From assembly GCF_000237865.1 (NCBI RefSeq), contig NC_017459.1:2160001-2192000 (forward strand): a DNA stretch of 32,000 nucleotides. Direction: 5' to 3'. Numbering within the stretch: the first letter of the stretch is position 1; every line of letters starts with the position of its first letter. The position numbers and the translations under genes are program-made. The notes under the pieces are model-generated. The model was not told the origin of the DNA, searched no databases, and saw only the letters and a list, made by a program, of their open reading frames with translations. Below are positions 1 to 9,131 of the stretch, piece by piece. The DNA is from Haloquadratum walsbyi C23 (GTDB taxonomy: Archaea; Halobacteriota; Halobacteria; Halobacteriales; Haloferacaceae).

Positions 1-360
1 CCCTCGACCGCGATATGTGGGCGCGATGCGGAGCCCTTGTATCCATGCTTCCGTTTCTGAAAGTGTGCATACCTGTGCGACACCGACAACATTCGTGCTA
101 TTCTGCCTCGAGTCAGGGTCATCTGGGTGTGGTTGTGAATTAACAGTAATGACAACTGTCTGTGCTGTCTCACCGTCATCTGCTGCAACCCACTCAGGAA
201 ACACAGAGCCAACATAGTCATCCTCGGCTCGATCTGGCCATGTATTTTGCGTTATCCGCTCGACGGCGGCAGCGTCAGTCGAGTCCGCAGTTCGAACAGT
301 GACATCCGCTCCAGTGTCATCTACTGTATGTACTGGGAGCGGGAGTGTGGATACAGACAT
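1..360 (-). CDS. GNAT-family N-acetyltransferase, N-terminal part (3' end runs off the window start)
   Basis: Absent from the ORF track because it has no stop in the window. The reverse complement from ATG (360-358) reads MSVSTLPLPVHTVDD...NVVGVAQVCTLSETEAWIQGLRIAPTYRGRG with no stop down to base 1. The QGLRIAPxxRGRG stretch fits GNAT acetyl-CoA motif A (Q/R-x-x-G-x-G/A). It starts 30 nt downstream of the gatD stop on the same strand. Confidence 0.6.
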   Translation of the reverse strand, partial: MSVSTLPLPVHTVDDTGADVTVRTADSTDAAAVERITQNTWPDRAEDDYVGSVFPEWVAADDGETAQTVVITVNSQPHPDDPDSRQNSTNVVGVAQVCTLSETEAWIQGLRIAPTYRGRG

Positions 361-390
361 GTCTGTATTGTTTATGTCCACGTCGTCAAC

Positions 391-1719
391 TCATTCCCAT
401 GGGACTGACCGATATTGTAATTCACCAGCAAGTGACTTTGTCATTGCGTTTGTGGGATCTGGGTGATTTGCGAGTGCCCACATTAATTTTACTTTTGCTG
501 TACCGGGAAGTGTATCACCGGCCTCAACAACGCCCGCTTCCAGTAAGTCCCGACCAGTGTCATACACACGGTCACAGACGCGTCCTTCGAGGCACTGACT
601 CGTCATTGCAACAACAACTCCATCCGTAACGAGTTCTGCTACGGTCGGAATAAATTCAGTGTGAACGTGACCTAATCCAGTACCTGCGATAATTAGCCCA
701 TCAGGAGTAGAGTCAGTAAGAAATGCTGTCTGTCGGTCGATGTCCATCCCAGGTGTAAATGTCAAAAGCATCACGTCCTCATTAAGTTCGCTAGTAAGGT
801 TCAGTTCAGTCGATTCTCGTGCTGTATGATCACGGTGGAATGAAACAGTCTCGGTATCATACTCAATTGTCCCGATTGGAGTGGCGCCAACGGTCTCGAA
901 TGCGTCACGACGGGAGGTGTGATTTTTTCGAACACGTGTCCCCCGATGAAGCGCACAAGTGTCATCGGCGGTTGATGCATGCATACAAACAAACACTCCT
1001 GAGATGTCTGCTGTTGCAGCCTCAACAGCACAGACGGCATTCATGACATTATCTGAGGATGGACGATCCGCAGATCGCTGGCTTCCAGTAAAAACGACTG
1101 GGACAGGCGTATCAAGCATATATGATAACGCCGAAGCAGAGTACTGCATTGTATCAGTCCCATGCATCACGACAACACCATCAGCACCAGCACGAATTTC
1201 ATCGGCAACTGCAGCAGCAAGATCCTGCCAGACGGCAGGTGTCATGTTCTCAGAGAGAATATTCCGGACCACACGTCCACGGTAATTCGCTCGACCAGCG
1301 AGATCTGGGACGGCACGGAGCACATCTTCAGCATCGAACTGTGCAGTGACAGCACCCGTTCGGTAATCAACCGTTGATGCGATTGTACCACCCGTCGAGA
1401 TTAATGACACCGTTGGCAACGATTCATCAAAAGCAACTGCTGATGCAGCCGATTTGGATGTAATATCAGATTCAGTCTTATCAGCCTCTGTATCCGCACC
1501 AGCACCAGCACTAGAGCCAATATCTGTCTGTGCCCCGCCAATGTCGTATGCATCTGACGTCACGAGATCAATCGATGCGTCTGCTCGATCAATACCGACA
1601 TTGTATCCACCATCGAGTTTAATTACAAGATGATCTGATGTTGAGGAGGGCATTAAGATTCCCTCGTTTGTAACATCTGCTCGTTCAACGCGAACTCGGT
1701 CCCCTGGATGTGGACTCAT
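391..1719 (-). CDS. gatD: Glutamyl-tRNA(Gln) amidotransferase subunit D (archaeal GatD, asparaginase-like)
   Basis: 442-aa ORF. The N-terminal GDRVRVE...EGILMPSS...LVIKLDGGYNVGI region is typical of GatD. It is followed by an asparaginase-type domain (ISTGGTIAS, HGTDTM, GSQRS). Confidence 0.95.
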   Translation of the reverse strand: MSPHPGDRVRVERADVTNEGILMPSSTSDHLVIKLDGGYNVGIDRADASIDLVTSDAYDIGGAQTDIGSSAGAGADTEADKTESDITSKSAASAVAFDESLPTVSLISTGGTIASTVDYRTGAVTAQFDAEDVLRAVPDLAGRANYRGRVVRNILSENMTPAVWQDLAAAVADEIRAGADGVVVMHGTDTMQYSASALSYMLDTPVPVVFTGSQRSADRPSSDNVMNAVCAVEAATADISGVFVCMHASTADDTCALHRGTRVRKNHTSRRDAFETVGATPIGTIEYDTETVSFHRDHTARESTELNLTSELNEDVMLLTFTPGMDIDRQTAFLTDSTPDGLIIAGTGLGHVHTEFIPTVAELVTDGVVVAMTSQCLEGRVCDRVYDTGRDLLEAGVVEAGDTLPGTAKVKLMWALANHPDPTNAMTKSLAGELQYRSVPWE

Positions 1720-2077
1720 GTATACTTGCTATCGCAGCCACACGCTTGAAGAGTGTGACTCTGCCTAGTCATAATATTCGACTATTGAATTATCAAAAAA
1801 TAATAGATCGTTTCAAATAGTACGATTATAGAATAATCACTGACGAGCAAAATTTTGAATTGTCATTCGCTCATTCTACATCTATCATTATAATATTTGT
1901 TTCCTGCAATATTATTCATTTGTCCTATATCAAATATTATTTCAACTAAATTATATATCCATTCATACATTTACTGAGAGTTAATATCATTTCGGCTCTA
2001 GTATTTCAATATGTCAGAATATTCTATTATCGATAGATGCATAATTCTTATTCCGAGACACCGTATGTGGGCTATTG

Positions 2078-2686
2078 ATGACATTTTCTGGGATCCTCCC
2101 TCGAATTAAACAATGTGCTGAATTGTATCAGCGAATTTTCGAAATGCATGGTACAGACGCATTTCAACGCGCAACTATCGTTGAGTCTCTACAGCATGAC
2201 GTAGCCAGCTCACGAGTCCGCGAGGACATACATCTTCTTACCGCATACGGGGTAATGAAAAAAACCGATCATGATACATATCAACTCTGTTGTCACCCAG
2301 ACGAAGATGTCGATCAGTGGCAATCACAGATCGATGGACAGGTAGCTGAGATGCATAATTATATGATCAACAATGATGCCCGCACACATACTGCTATTCG
2401 ACCCATGGAAGAGCCTGTGTCACGCAACGATGATTCATTTCGCAGTATCCTTATTACATGTGAGGCAAATATACAGGATCATACTGATATCGCAAATAAA
2501 CTTGTCAAACAAAGTCTTGTAATGACTGATGGAGCTGTACTCCGGTCAGCACCAACCATGTCTACAACCGTACAGAGAATTGCTGATGTTGTCTCAGAGG
2601 ATGCCCCCGTGGAGAAATGCGACACCGATGTTGTTGGTAAGTCGAAGGATGAGCTTGAATTCCGCCTGTTCTTGCAACCAGATTAA
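2078..2686 (+). CDS. Hypothetical acidic protein with a possible N-terminal winged-helix region
   Basis: The 202-codon ORF (ATG at 2078, TTG at 2075) stays open in a visibly AT-rich context where stops are frequent. Composition is acidic. The segment FQRATIVESLQHDVASSRVREDIHLLTAYGVMKKTDHDTYQL looks wHTH-like. I recognise no family. Confidence 0.7.
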   Translation: MTFSGILPRIKQCAELYQRIFEMHGTDAFQRATIVESLQHDVASSRVREDIHLLTAYGVMKKTDHDTYQLCCHPDEDVDQWQSQIDGQVAEMHNYMINNDARTHTAIRPMEEPVSRNDDSFRSILITCEANIQDHTDIANKLVKQSLVMTDGAVLRSAPTMSTTVQRIADVVSEDAPVEKCDTDVVGKSKDELEFRLFLQPD

Positions 2687-2735
2687 TACAGCCCTGTCAA
2701 GACATAGAATATCAAAACTAAAACGAAAAGAAAGC

Positions 2736-2743
2736 CTACATTA
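2736..2743. repeat. Direct repeat CTACATTA, candidate left copy of the IS target-site duplication
   Basis: The same 8-mer occurs at 3806-3813 and directly abuts the right IS end. The left copy is 1 nt from the left inverted repeat. Confidence 0.5.
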
Positions 2744-2744
2744 G

Positions 2745-2764
2745 AAGGAGTCATAGAAGAGTTC
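2745..2764. repeat. IS terminal inverted repeat (left)
   Basis: AAGGAGTCATAGAAGAGTTC compared with the reverse complement of the right end, ACGGTGTTATAGAACAGTTC. The core ATAGAA-N-AGTTC is conserved. Confidence 0.6.
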
Positions 2765-3751
2765 TCACACCGTGATCACGGTACTTCCCGGATTGTCTCC
2801 TCGTTCGTAGTTGGTGATTGCAACGACGAGGCGCAGACACAACGCGATGAACACCTGCGCTCGTGCATGGACGCGGTCTCGGGCGTGCGTTCGCCCGAGG
2901 CCGCAGCCCTTGACTGATTCGTTGGTTCGTTCGACGCCACTCCAGCGGTTGTACGTCTCGTCTAGCATTGATTGCTTCAGCTGAACGTCCTTGCTGTGTT
3001 TTTCGATGCGGTCTTTTATCCTGTACTCGATATCTTTCGGGTCGTCGGTGTTTCGTGGATTGTACGGAGCGACTGGCACGACCCCTGCGGTCAGTAGGTG
3101 GTCGTGCCACTCGAGCGTGTCGTAAGCGCTGTCTCCAAGCATCCACATCGGTTTCCCGATGTCGAGCGCGTGACGCGCACCGCCGTCTCTTCTGATGTTT
3201 GTTTGCTCTCGGTGAACTCGATTGCAATCGGGATCTTTTGCCCAGTCGAGACGATCGTGCAGCCGTAGCCATAGTAGTGCTCGTCATCGGTTGGATCATA
3301 GCACTTCGACGCGTCTGGATCGGCGGGCATCGCTCTCACGTCAGTTGAATCGATAGAATACGTCAAGTCGAGCAGCCCCCGGCGAGGCGGTCTGCTCGAC
3401 GAGATGGTCGAAGACCCGGTCAACGACGTGCTCAAGATCAGCGAGGAAGCAATCGACCGCGTCTCTCGACGGCGGTCGATCGAAGCCACAGCTGAGCCAG
3501 ACGACGGTGTTGTTCAGTTCTCGTTCAACCGGACGGATGCCGTAGATGTTCTTGGAATAGCAATGGAGAAAGCCACGCATCATCTCGGGTGGCTCAAGAT
3601 CTCGTGTTCGCATCGTCTTCGCCGGGGCGAACACGTCGAACTCTTCAAGAAACTCGAAGGAGAGATACTCAAACAATGCCAACGTCTTCGTTTCCACGAC
3701 ATTGAAGAACGATTCTACTGAAGGATGATCCTGCAGGGTCGCTGAACTCAT
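2765..3751 (-). pseudogene. IS4/IS5-type DDE transposase disrupted by two frameshifts
   Basis: Three overlapping minus-strand ORFs read as one protein: 3751-3341 (MSSATLQDHPSVESFF...DHLVEQTA), 3489-3091 (..RRGLLDLTYSIDSTDVRAMPAD...GYGCTIVSTGQKIPIAIEFTESKQ..RVTR) and 3148-2765 (MWMLGDSAYDTLEWHDHLL...YNRWSGVERTNESVKGCGLGRTHAR). Frame changes lie near 3385-3395 and 3155-3166. The DDE-type motifs IDSTD, LGDSAYD and VERTNESVK are readable. Confidence 0.85.
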
Positions 3752-3785
3752 TCCACATCAGCGTTCACCCTGCTCTTTGGTATGC

Positions 3786-3805
3786 GAACTGTTCTATAAC
3801 ACCGT
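3786..3805. repeat. IS terminal inverted repeat (right)
   Basis: See the left inverted repeat. 16 of 20 positions are complementary. Confidence 0.6.
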
Positions 3806-3813
3806 CTACATTA
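3806..3813. repeat. Direct repeat CTACATTA, candidate right copy of the IS target-site duplication
   Basis: Identical to 2736-2743 and immediately adjacent to the right inverted repeat. Confidence 0.5.
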
Positions 3814-4018
3814 TCTAAAGCTGATCAGCTCAATGAATTGTAAATAAGTAGCGAGCATTGCTGATTATCGTTATGAGTGGTAGTGACATGGTTGGCGGTA
3901 TCCTCGTTTACTATTCAGTCGGTGTTATAATTATACAACCAGAATCTTATTTTTCATGTTTATATTACCGAGATAAGTTCGAAATCTTAGTCGATAACAT
4001 ATAGATATGTTCGGTTGC

Positions 4019-4264
4019 TTAGAAATCTATCTTAATATTATAAACCTGTTCATGAATATTCCATCCACCAGACTGTAAGTTCTGTGATATATTTACTTTA
4101 TTTCCACTATCATCAATAGCTGTCACTGAGTAGTCTGTAGTCGCAACAACTTCATATGCCTCTGCTCGGTCGTTGATACTAATGTGATCGCCTACTGAAA
4201 CATCGTTTAATCGTTCGGTAATTTCTATGGGCGACTGATCATGGTTTGAGTCGGGTGATTTCAT
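4019..4264 (-). CDS. Small hypothetical acidic protein (81 aa)
   Basis: The ORF stays open for 81 codons in very AT-rich DNA. Composition is acidic and beta-rich (VSVGDHISINDRAEAYEVVATTDYSVTAIDDSGNKVNI). I recognise no family. Confidence 0.5.
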   Translation of the reverse strand: MKSPDSNHDQSPIEITERLNDVSVGDHISINDRAEAYEVVATTDYSVTAIDDSGNKVNISQNLQSGGWNIHEQVYNIKIDF

Positions 4265-4427
4265 AGTGTTTGTATAGTATAATCAAGATCTTGAGGAATA
4301 TAAATAATATTCATTTGTCTAGTCATACATATTCATAGACGTCGGGTAGTAACAAGAATTGCTTTCATGCGTATACCGCTGCATCCGGTAAGTATATTAT
4401 AATCCATGTTAGATACAGACATGCAAT

Positions 4428-5687
4428 ATGCCTGAGACTGTATTTGAAGTGGATGTGGACGAAGATCCCGAGGATCAGCCAGATCCAATCGTGAATCGAT
4501 GGCATCCAGACACACCGCCTGCTGCAACGATTAAGCCAGGTGAAAAGGTTCGAATTGAATGTTTGGATTGGACTGGAGGACAAGTAAATAATGATGATAG
4601 TGCCAATGATATCCGGGATATGGAACTTAGTCCCAACCACCACCTTAGCGGTCCTTTCGAGGTAAAAGGCGCTGAGCCGGGTGATATGTTAGTTGTTGAT
4701 ATTCTCGATCTTGGTCCGTTTCCTGACCACGAGTGGGGTTTTACTGGGATTTTTGACTTGGAGAATGGTGGAGGATTTTTAACGGATCATTTCCCGGAGG
4801 CTCGAAAGACAATCTGGGAACTTGATGGCGTGATGACGCACTCAAGACATATCGATGATGTTCGATTCCCTGGTTGTGCACATCCTGGAATCATTGGGAC
4901 TGCCCCGTCGCACGAACTGCTTGAAGCGTGGAATGAACGCGAGCAGGCACTGATCGATCGTGGTCCTGATGCGCAGACGGGAGTAAATCACGAAACCGGG
5001 GACGACGAGCCACCGCTTGCGCTTCCTCCGGAACCAGAGAATGTGCTTCTTGGTGACATGGATGATGATAAGTTAGAGGATGCAGCAAAAGAGGCGGCCC
5101 GGACAATCCCACCACGGGAGAACGCCGGGAATTGTGATATCAAGAACCTCGGTCGTGGGTCGCGTGTTTATTTGCCTGTATTCGTCGAAGGGGCGAATTT
5201 CATTACCGGTGATTTACACTTCTCACAGGGTGACGGTGAAATTACCTTTTGTGGTGCGATAGAAATGGCTGGGTATATTGATCTAAAAGTGGATATCATC
5301 AAAAACGGCGTTGAAAAGATGGGGACTGATCATGCGATGTTCAAGCCTGGTTACCAGGATCCAGACTTTTCTGATTATCTCGTATTTGAGGGATACTCGG
5401 TCGATGAGGATGGGACTCAACACTATAAGAATGGTAATGTTGGGATGCGGCGGGCCTGTCTTGATGCAATTGATTATCTGACAAACTTCGGATATACCCG
5501 CGAACAAGGATATTTCCTTCTGAGCACTGTCCCGATTGAGAGCCGACTTGCAGGTGTTGTCGATCTCCCCAATACCTGTGTTACAGTGTCTGTTCCAAAT
5601 GAGGCGTTTGATATAAATATCGATCCAGACACATTAGCAGACGACTCTGTCGTCACTGATCGAAGCGACGTTGCTAAGCCTTCATAA
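4428..5687 (+). CDS. fmdA: Formamidase (acetamidase/formamidase FmdA_AmdA family)
   Basis: 419 aa. The N-terminus NRWHPDTPP..IKPGEKVRIECLDWTGGQVNNDDSANDIRDMEL..HHLSGPFEVKGAEPGDMLVVDILDLG closely follows the FmdA/AmdA pattern. The NAGNCDIKNL and GDLHFSQGDGEI motifs are present. Confidence 0.9.
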   Translation: MPETVFEVDVDEDPEDQPDPIVNRWHPDTPPAATIKPGEKVRIECLDWTGGQVNNDDSANDIRDMELSPNHHLSGPFEVKGAEPGDMLVVDILDLGPFPDHEWGFTGIFDLENGGGFLTDHFPEARKTIWELDGVMTHSRHIDDVRFPGCAHPGIIGTAPSHELLEAWNEREQALIDRGPDAQTGVNHETGDDEPPLALPPEPENVLLGDMDDDKLEDAAKEAARTIPPRENAGNCDIKNLGRGSRVYLPVFVEGANFITGDLHFSQGDGEITFCGAIEMAGYIDLKVDIIKNGVEKMGTDHAMFKPGYQDPDFSDYLVFEGYSVDEDGTQHYKNGNVGMRRACLDAIDYLTNFGYTREQGYFLLSTVPIESRLAGVVDLPNTCVTVSVPNEAFDINIDPDTLADDSVVTDRSDVAKPS

Positions 5688-5859
5688 GTATAGTTGACAG
5701 AAACACGATTTTATTATGTATTGCAGAGTTCGTATAATCATTAGATAATCGTGCCCTAACATTTCTGAGTAAAATATATATTTATTATAATCCGCTATCT
5801 AATATATCTATTACTACGCTGATGACAGATTCTGTCGGAGTGCCGTCGTTAATTGATGA

Positions 5860-7554
5860 TCAGTGACCCATTGAGTGACCGACAGCCCATGGGTAGCCGT
5901 CTTGTTGAGTTATTATATCCTTTGATTCGCTACTGTGATCGTGATTACCCTCGTCTCCGTCCTGTCCGCGATCGGTTGGAAGTACATCATCAATCCGCAA
6001 TAAGAGATTTGCCACCTCCGTTATACTGGTGAGTATTCGACGCTTGACCGCCATAGGTTCGATAACCCCAGTATCGATCATATTCGTCGGCTGACCGGTA
6101 TTGAGGTTGAGTCCAAAGCTACTGTGACCGGCGTAGTGTGCCTTACGTAGTGATATGAGGGAATCAACTGGATCATATCCAGCAGTACTCGCGAGCGTTC
6201 TCGGGATTACCTCGATCGCATCTGCATAAGCCTCAATTACGAGTTGTTCCCGACCAGAGTATGTTCGGGCATGCTGTCGCAAGTCTTGTGCAATAGCAAC
6301 CTCTGTTGCGCCACCACCGGGCACGACCGCATCATCACGCAGCGAAATTCGGAGAACAAATAGGCAATCGTCAATCACCCTTTTTGTTTCTTCAACAACA
6401 TGTCTGGTACCACCACGAAGAAGCAGTGAACTGTGCATTGTTTCTCCATCAGCGTGAACAGTAACAAGATTTGCTCCGGCAATAGTCCGTTGGTTGACTG
6501 CTGCTGCAATTCCGGTGTCATTAGCTGATAAGTACTTTGAGTCAGCCACTGGTTTTGCACCAGTTACCCGTTTCAGTTTCTCAAATTCATCACGGCGGGT
6601 GCGTTCAATCGCAAGGATGTCCTCATCGGCTAAGTGATATATAACGGGATCGTCAATAGATTGTTGACAAAATACAATATTAGCGCCAGATTCAATAATT
6701 CTGTTTGCATGCTGTATATATTTCTGATCCTCATACTCATGAAGCTCATTTCGACGGGCTGGTGAATCAAACGTGACTGTCCCCTGATCTGATGCAGTAT
6801 CGATAGTAAGTCCATTGTCAATGAGCGCAACGGAGACGTTTTCAAGTTCACTCTGGATATTAATTGTTGGTGAAACTGAATCCGTTGAGGAGCTATCGGT
6901 ATCGATTAATAATCCGTCAATGACCTCTGAATCGTAATATGATCCGCCTTTGACTCCTTTTCGAGTAATTGCACTGAAATCAACTGCACCGTCCTGCTCA
7001 ACGGAGAGAACTGTTTCTACAGCTTTATCTGCGATGAATTCACGACCATCTGAATCCCACTTTCCATTAATCGCTGTTTGAGCGATTGTTTCTAATTGCT
7101 TGCGATCAACTGACACATCAACAGCTTGGTTACTCAGAATATCCACTGCCCGTTCGGTCGCGAAACGGTTCCCACGAATAATATCACTTGGATGGACGCC
7201 CCTATTGATTAGATCAACCGCTGAATTAAGTAATGCTCCTATCAGAACAATTGCAGTTGTGGTCCCATCACCAGCACGGGTCCGTTGTTCTTCAACAATA
7301 CTCGTTGTCATTTTTGCTGCCGGATGATCGATGTCCATCCGGTCTATAATACTAGCACCATCGTTTGTCGCAACAATCTTATTATCACCGGTGATAAGTA
7401 GCTTATCGAGCCCTTTCGGACCAAGTGTGGTCTTAATACTATTTGACAGTGCCATCACCGCATAAAAATTTGTCATATGTGGGTCATTATTTAGATATCC
7501 GTCGACATCTGCCGCTGTGGGCAATTGTGGCTGTTGGACGGCATTGTCAGACAT
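5860..7554 (-). CDS. Thermosome subunit (group II chaperonin), divergent paralog
   Basis: Readable motifs are LGPKGLDKLL, TNDGASII, DHPAAKM, GDGTTTAIVL and VVPGGGATEV. The likely start is the ATG at 7554 (MSDNAVQQ...), and the 20 upstream codons of the ORF look non-coding. The C-terminus is ...GNHDHSSESKDIITQQDGYPWAVGHSMGH instead of a Gly/Met-rich tail. Confidence 0.93.
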   Translation of the reverse strand: MSDNAVQQPQLPTAADVDGYLNNDPHMTNFYAVMALSNSIKTTLGPKGLDKLLITGDNKIVATNDGASIIDRMDIDHPAAKMTTSIVEEQRTRAGDGTTTAIVLIGALLNSAVDLINRGVHPSDIIRGNRFATERAVDILSNQAVDVSVDRKQLETIAQTAINGKWDSDGREFIADKAVETVLSVEQDGAVDFSAITRKGVKGGSYYDSEVIDGLLIDTDSSSTDSVSPTINIQSELENVSVALIDNGLTIDTASDQGTVTFDSPARRNELHEYEDQKYIQHANRIIESGANIVFCQQSIDDPVIYHLADEDILAIERTRRDEFEKLKRVTGAKPVADSKYLSANDTGIAAAVNQRTIAGANLVTVHADGETMHSSLLLRGGTRHVVEETKRVIDDCLFVLRISLRDDAVVPGGGATEVAIAQDLRQHARTYSGREQLVIEAYADAIEVIPRTLASTAGYDPVDSLISLRKAHYAGHSSFGLNLNTGQPTNMIDTGVIEPMAVKRRILTSITEVANLLLRIDDVLPTDRGQDGDEGNHDHSSESKDIITQQDGYPWAVGHSMGH

Positions 7555-7791
7555 ATTGATACTCGAGCTATCTATTATGAGGGTAAAAAACCTTTTTAAT
7601 CTATGAGATATCAATGCCGCTGATACATTTGGTCTGTCCTGATTTAAAACTATGACAGTTATTTATTGGTCAAATAACATCAGAAAATTTTCAAATTGAT
7701 TGATAAATATTTATTCTTTATTTTATATAAACTAGATAATATATCACATGTAGGGTCAGAACCCGTCCTAAGCTATATATAGGTCCAATCT

Positions 7792-9117
7792 ATGTTTACA
7801 ATACACATGGCGCAAGACTCAGCTGATAGTGAATTCGGCAATGACAAAAATATTACAAAAAATGATAAATTTATTAATCGGCGAAAGTTCATTCAGGTCG
7901 CTGGAGCATCGACCGCTGTTTCGGTTGCTGGATGTCTCGGCGGTGGTGATGGCGGCGGCAGCAGCGGATCACTAACTTTCGGAGCTCTGTATGCTCTCAG
8001 TGGTTCAATTGAGGTTATTGGTCGACCAATGATGAATTCAACCGAATTGGCTGTCAGTCAGTTAAATGCCAATGGTGGTATTAACGGACAAGAAGTTGAA
8101 TTCGTAAAGAGAGACAATGGATCTGACCCAGCAACTGGGATCGAAGAGTCACGTGCGTTAATTAACGATGATAACGCTGACATCGTCTTTGGCGCATACA
8201 CAAGTGCGATGCGGGATGCGGTTACTGATACATACGTCCAGAATGAGGTTCCCTTTTTCTATCCAACCTTATACGAAGGCAGCGTTTGCAACGCAATTGG
8301 CGATAGTGTTGTTGTTCCAAAAGAGAACCTCCAGTGGCTCTTTTTCAACAATGCTGTTCCGAAACAGCAGATTAAGCCATATATTCCGTGGCTAATAGAG
8401 AATAAAGATGTCAAGGATTTCTACTTAATCGGGAATGATTATATTTGGCCTCGGACTACGAATACGATACTTAAGGACTTTATTAGTGAAAATAATGCCA
8501 ATGTAGTTGGCGAAAACTATGTTCCGCTTGCATTCACTGACTGGGGAACTGAGCTGCAAGCCATTGCAGACGCCGATCCAGATATAGTGTACTTTACGAC
8601 GGTCGGTGATAGCCAGGTAGCGATGATTCAACAGGCTGCTTCGCTTGGGTTGACAGAAGATACAGTATTTGCTGGAAACATTATGAGTGAACAAGAAGCA
8701 CGGGCTGCTGGCGACGCAGCCGACGGAATATATACTTCTGCACCGTACTTCATTAATGTTGATACCCCTGAAAATGAGGAATATATTAATTCTTATCGTG
8801 AAGAGTATGGTGATGATACTACCCCGAATTTTGTCTCTGAGGCTGCCTACTGGTCGGTTCTTATGACAGCGAATGCTATTGAACAGGCTGGTGGTGCTGA
8901 TGGACCAGCTGGTGTCCGTGATGCACTTGAGACAGAGGTCACGATGCAAGCACCACAGGGTGAGGTAACAATGGATCCTGGCACGCACCACAGTGTACTA
9001 CAGTCGCGCGTTGGACAGTTTAACGCTGAATCAGGTCAGTTTGAGGTTGTAGAAGAATTTGGTCAGATCGATCCGGCAGGAATCAGCGTCCAAGACGGCT
9101 GTCTTGATGTTAATTAA
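7792..9117 (+). CDS. ABC transporter substrate-binding lipoprotein, Urt/Fmd/Liv type (urea, short-chain amide or branched-chain amino acid family)
   Basis: A twin-arginine signal (NRRKFIQVAG) is followed by a lipobox (SVAGC) and a Gly/Ser linker. The body has a Peripla_BP_6-like pattern (FGALYALSGS...IGRPMMNSTELAV.QLNANGGINGQEVEFV). The start could also be the ATG at 7807. Confidence 0.9.
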   Translation: MFTIHMAQDSADSEFGNDKNITKNDKFINRRKFIQVAGASTAVSVAGCLGGGDGGGSSGSLTFGALYALSGSIEVIGRPMMNSTELAVSQLNANGGINGQEVEFVKRDNGSDPATGIEESRALINDDNADIVFGAYTSAMRDAVTDTYVQNEVPFFYPTLYEGSVCNAIGDSVVVPKENLQWLFFNNAVPKQQIKPYIPWLIENKDVKDFYLIGNDYIWPRTTNTILKDFISENNANVVGENYVPLAFTDWGTELQAIADADPDIVYFTTVGDSQVAMIQQAASLGLTEDTVFAGNIMSEQEARAAGDAADGIYTSAPYFINVDTPENEEYINSYREEYGDDTTPNFVSEAAYWSVLMTANAIEQAGGADGPAGVRDALETEVTMQAPQGEVTMDPGTHHSVLQSRVGQFNAESGQFEVVEEFGQIDPAGISVQDGCLDVN

Positions 9118-9131
9118 AAATATTATCCGAT

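Larger units (their letters stand above)
2745..3805 (-). mobile_element. Degenerate haloarchaeal insertion sequence (~1.06 kb, IS4/IS5-superfamily DDE transposase)
   Basis: Imperfect terminal inverted repeats (2745-2764 vs reverse complement of 3786-3805) match at 16/20 positions. They bracket a frameshifted transposase, with flanking 8-bp direct repeats. The element is clearly more GC-rich than the AT-rich spacer around it. Confidence 0.8.

Noticed and set aside
2751-3299. 182-aa Arg-rich ORF on the minus strand inside the IS.
   Set aside because: It is an alternative frame of the GC-rich transposase pseudogene. Its extreme Arg/Ser/Pro content is typical of an out-of-frame reading of GC-rich DNA, and the transposase frames explain the region.
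4283-4294. Perfect 12-bp palindrome TCAAGATCTTGA in the divergent promoter region between the 81-aa ORF and fmdA.
   Set aside because: Several perfect 12-bp palindromes are expected by chance in 32 kb (about 32000/4^6). There is no second copy to suggest an operator.
7555-7614. A 20-codon N-terminal extension of the thermosome ORF (MISHRLKRFFTLIIDSSSIN).
   Set aside because: The extension is basic and hydrophobic, unlike chaperonin N-termini. The in-frame ATG at 7554 gives a normal acidic start.
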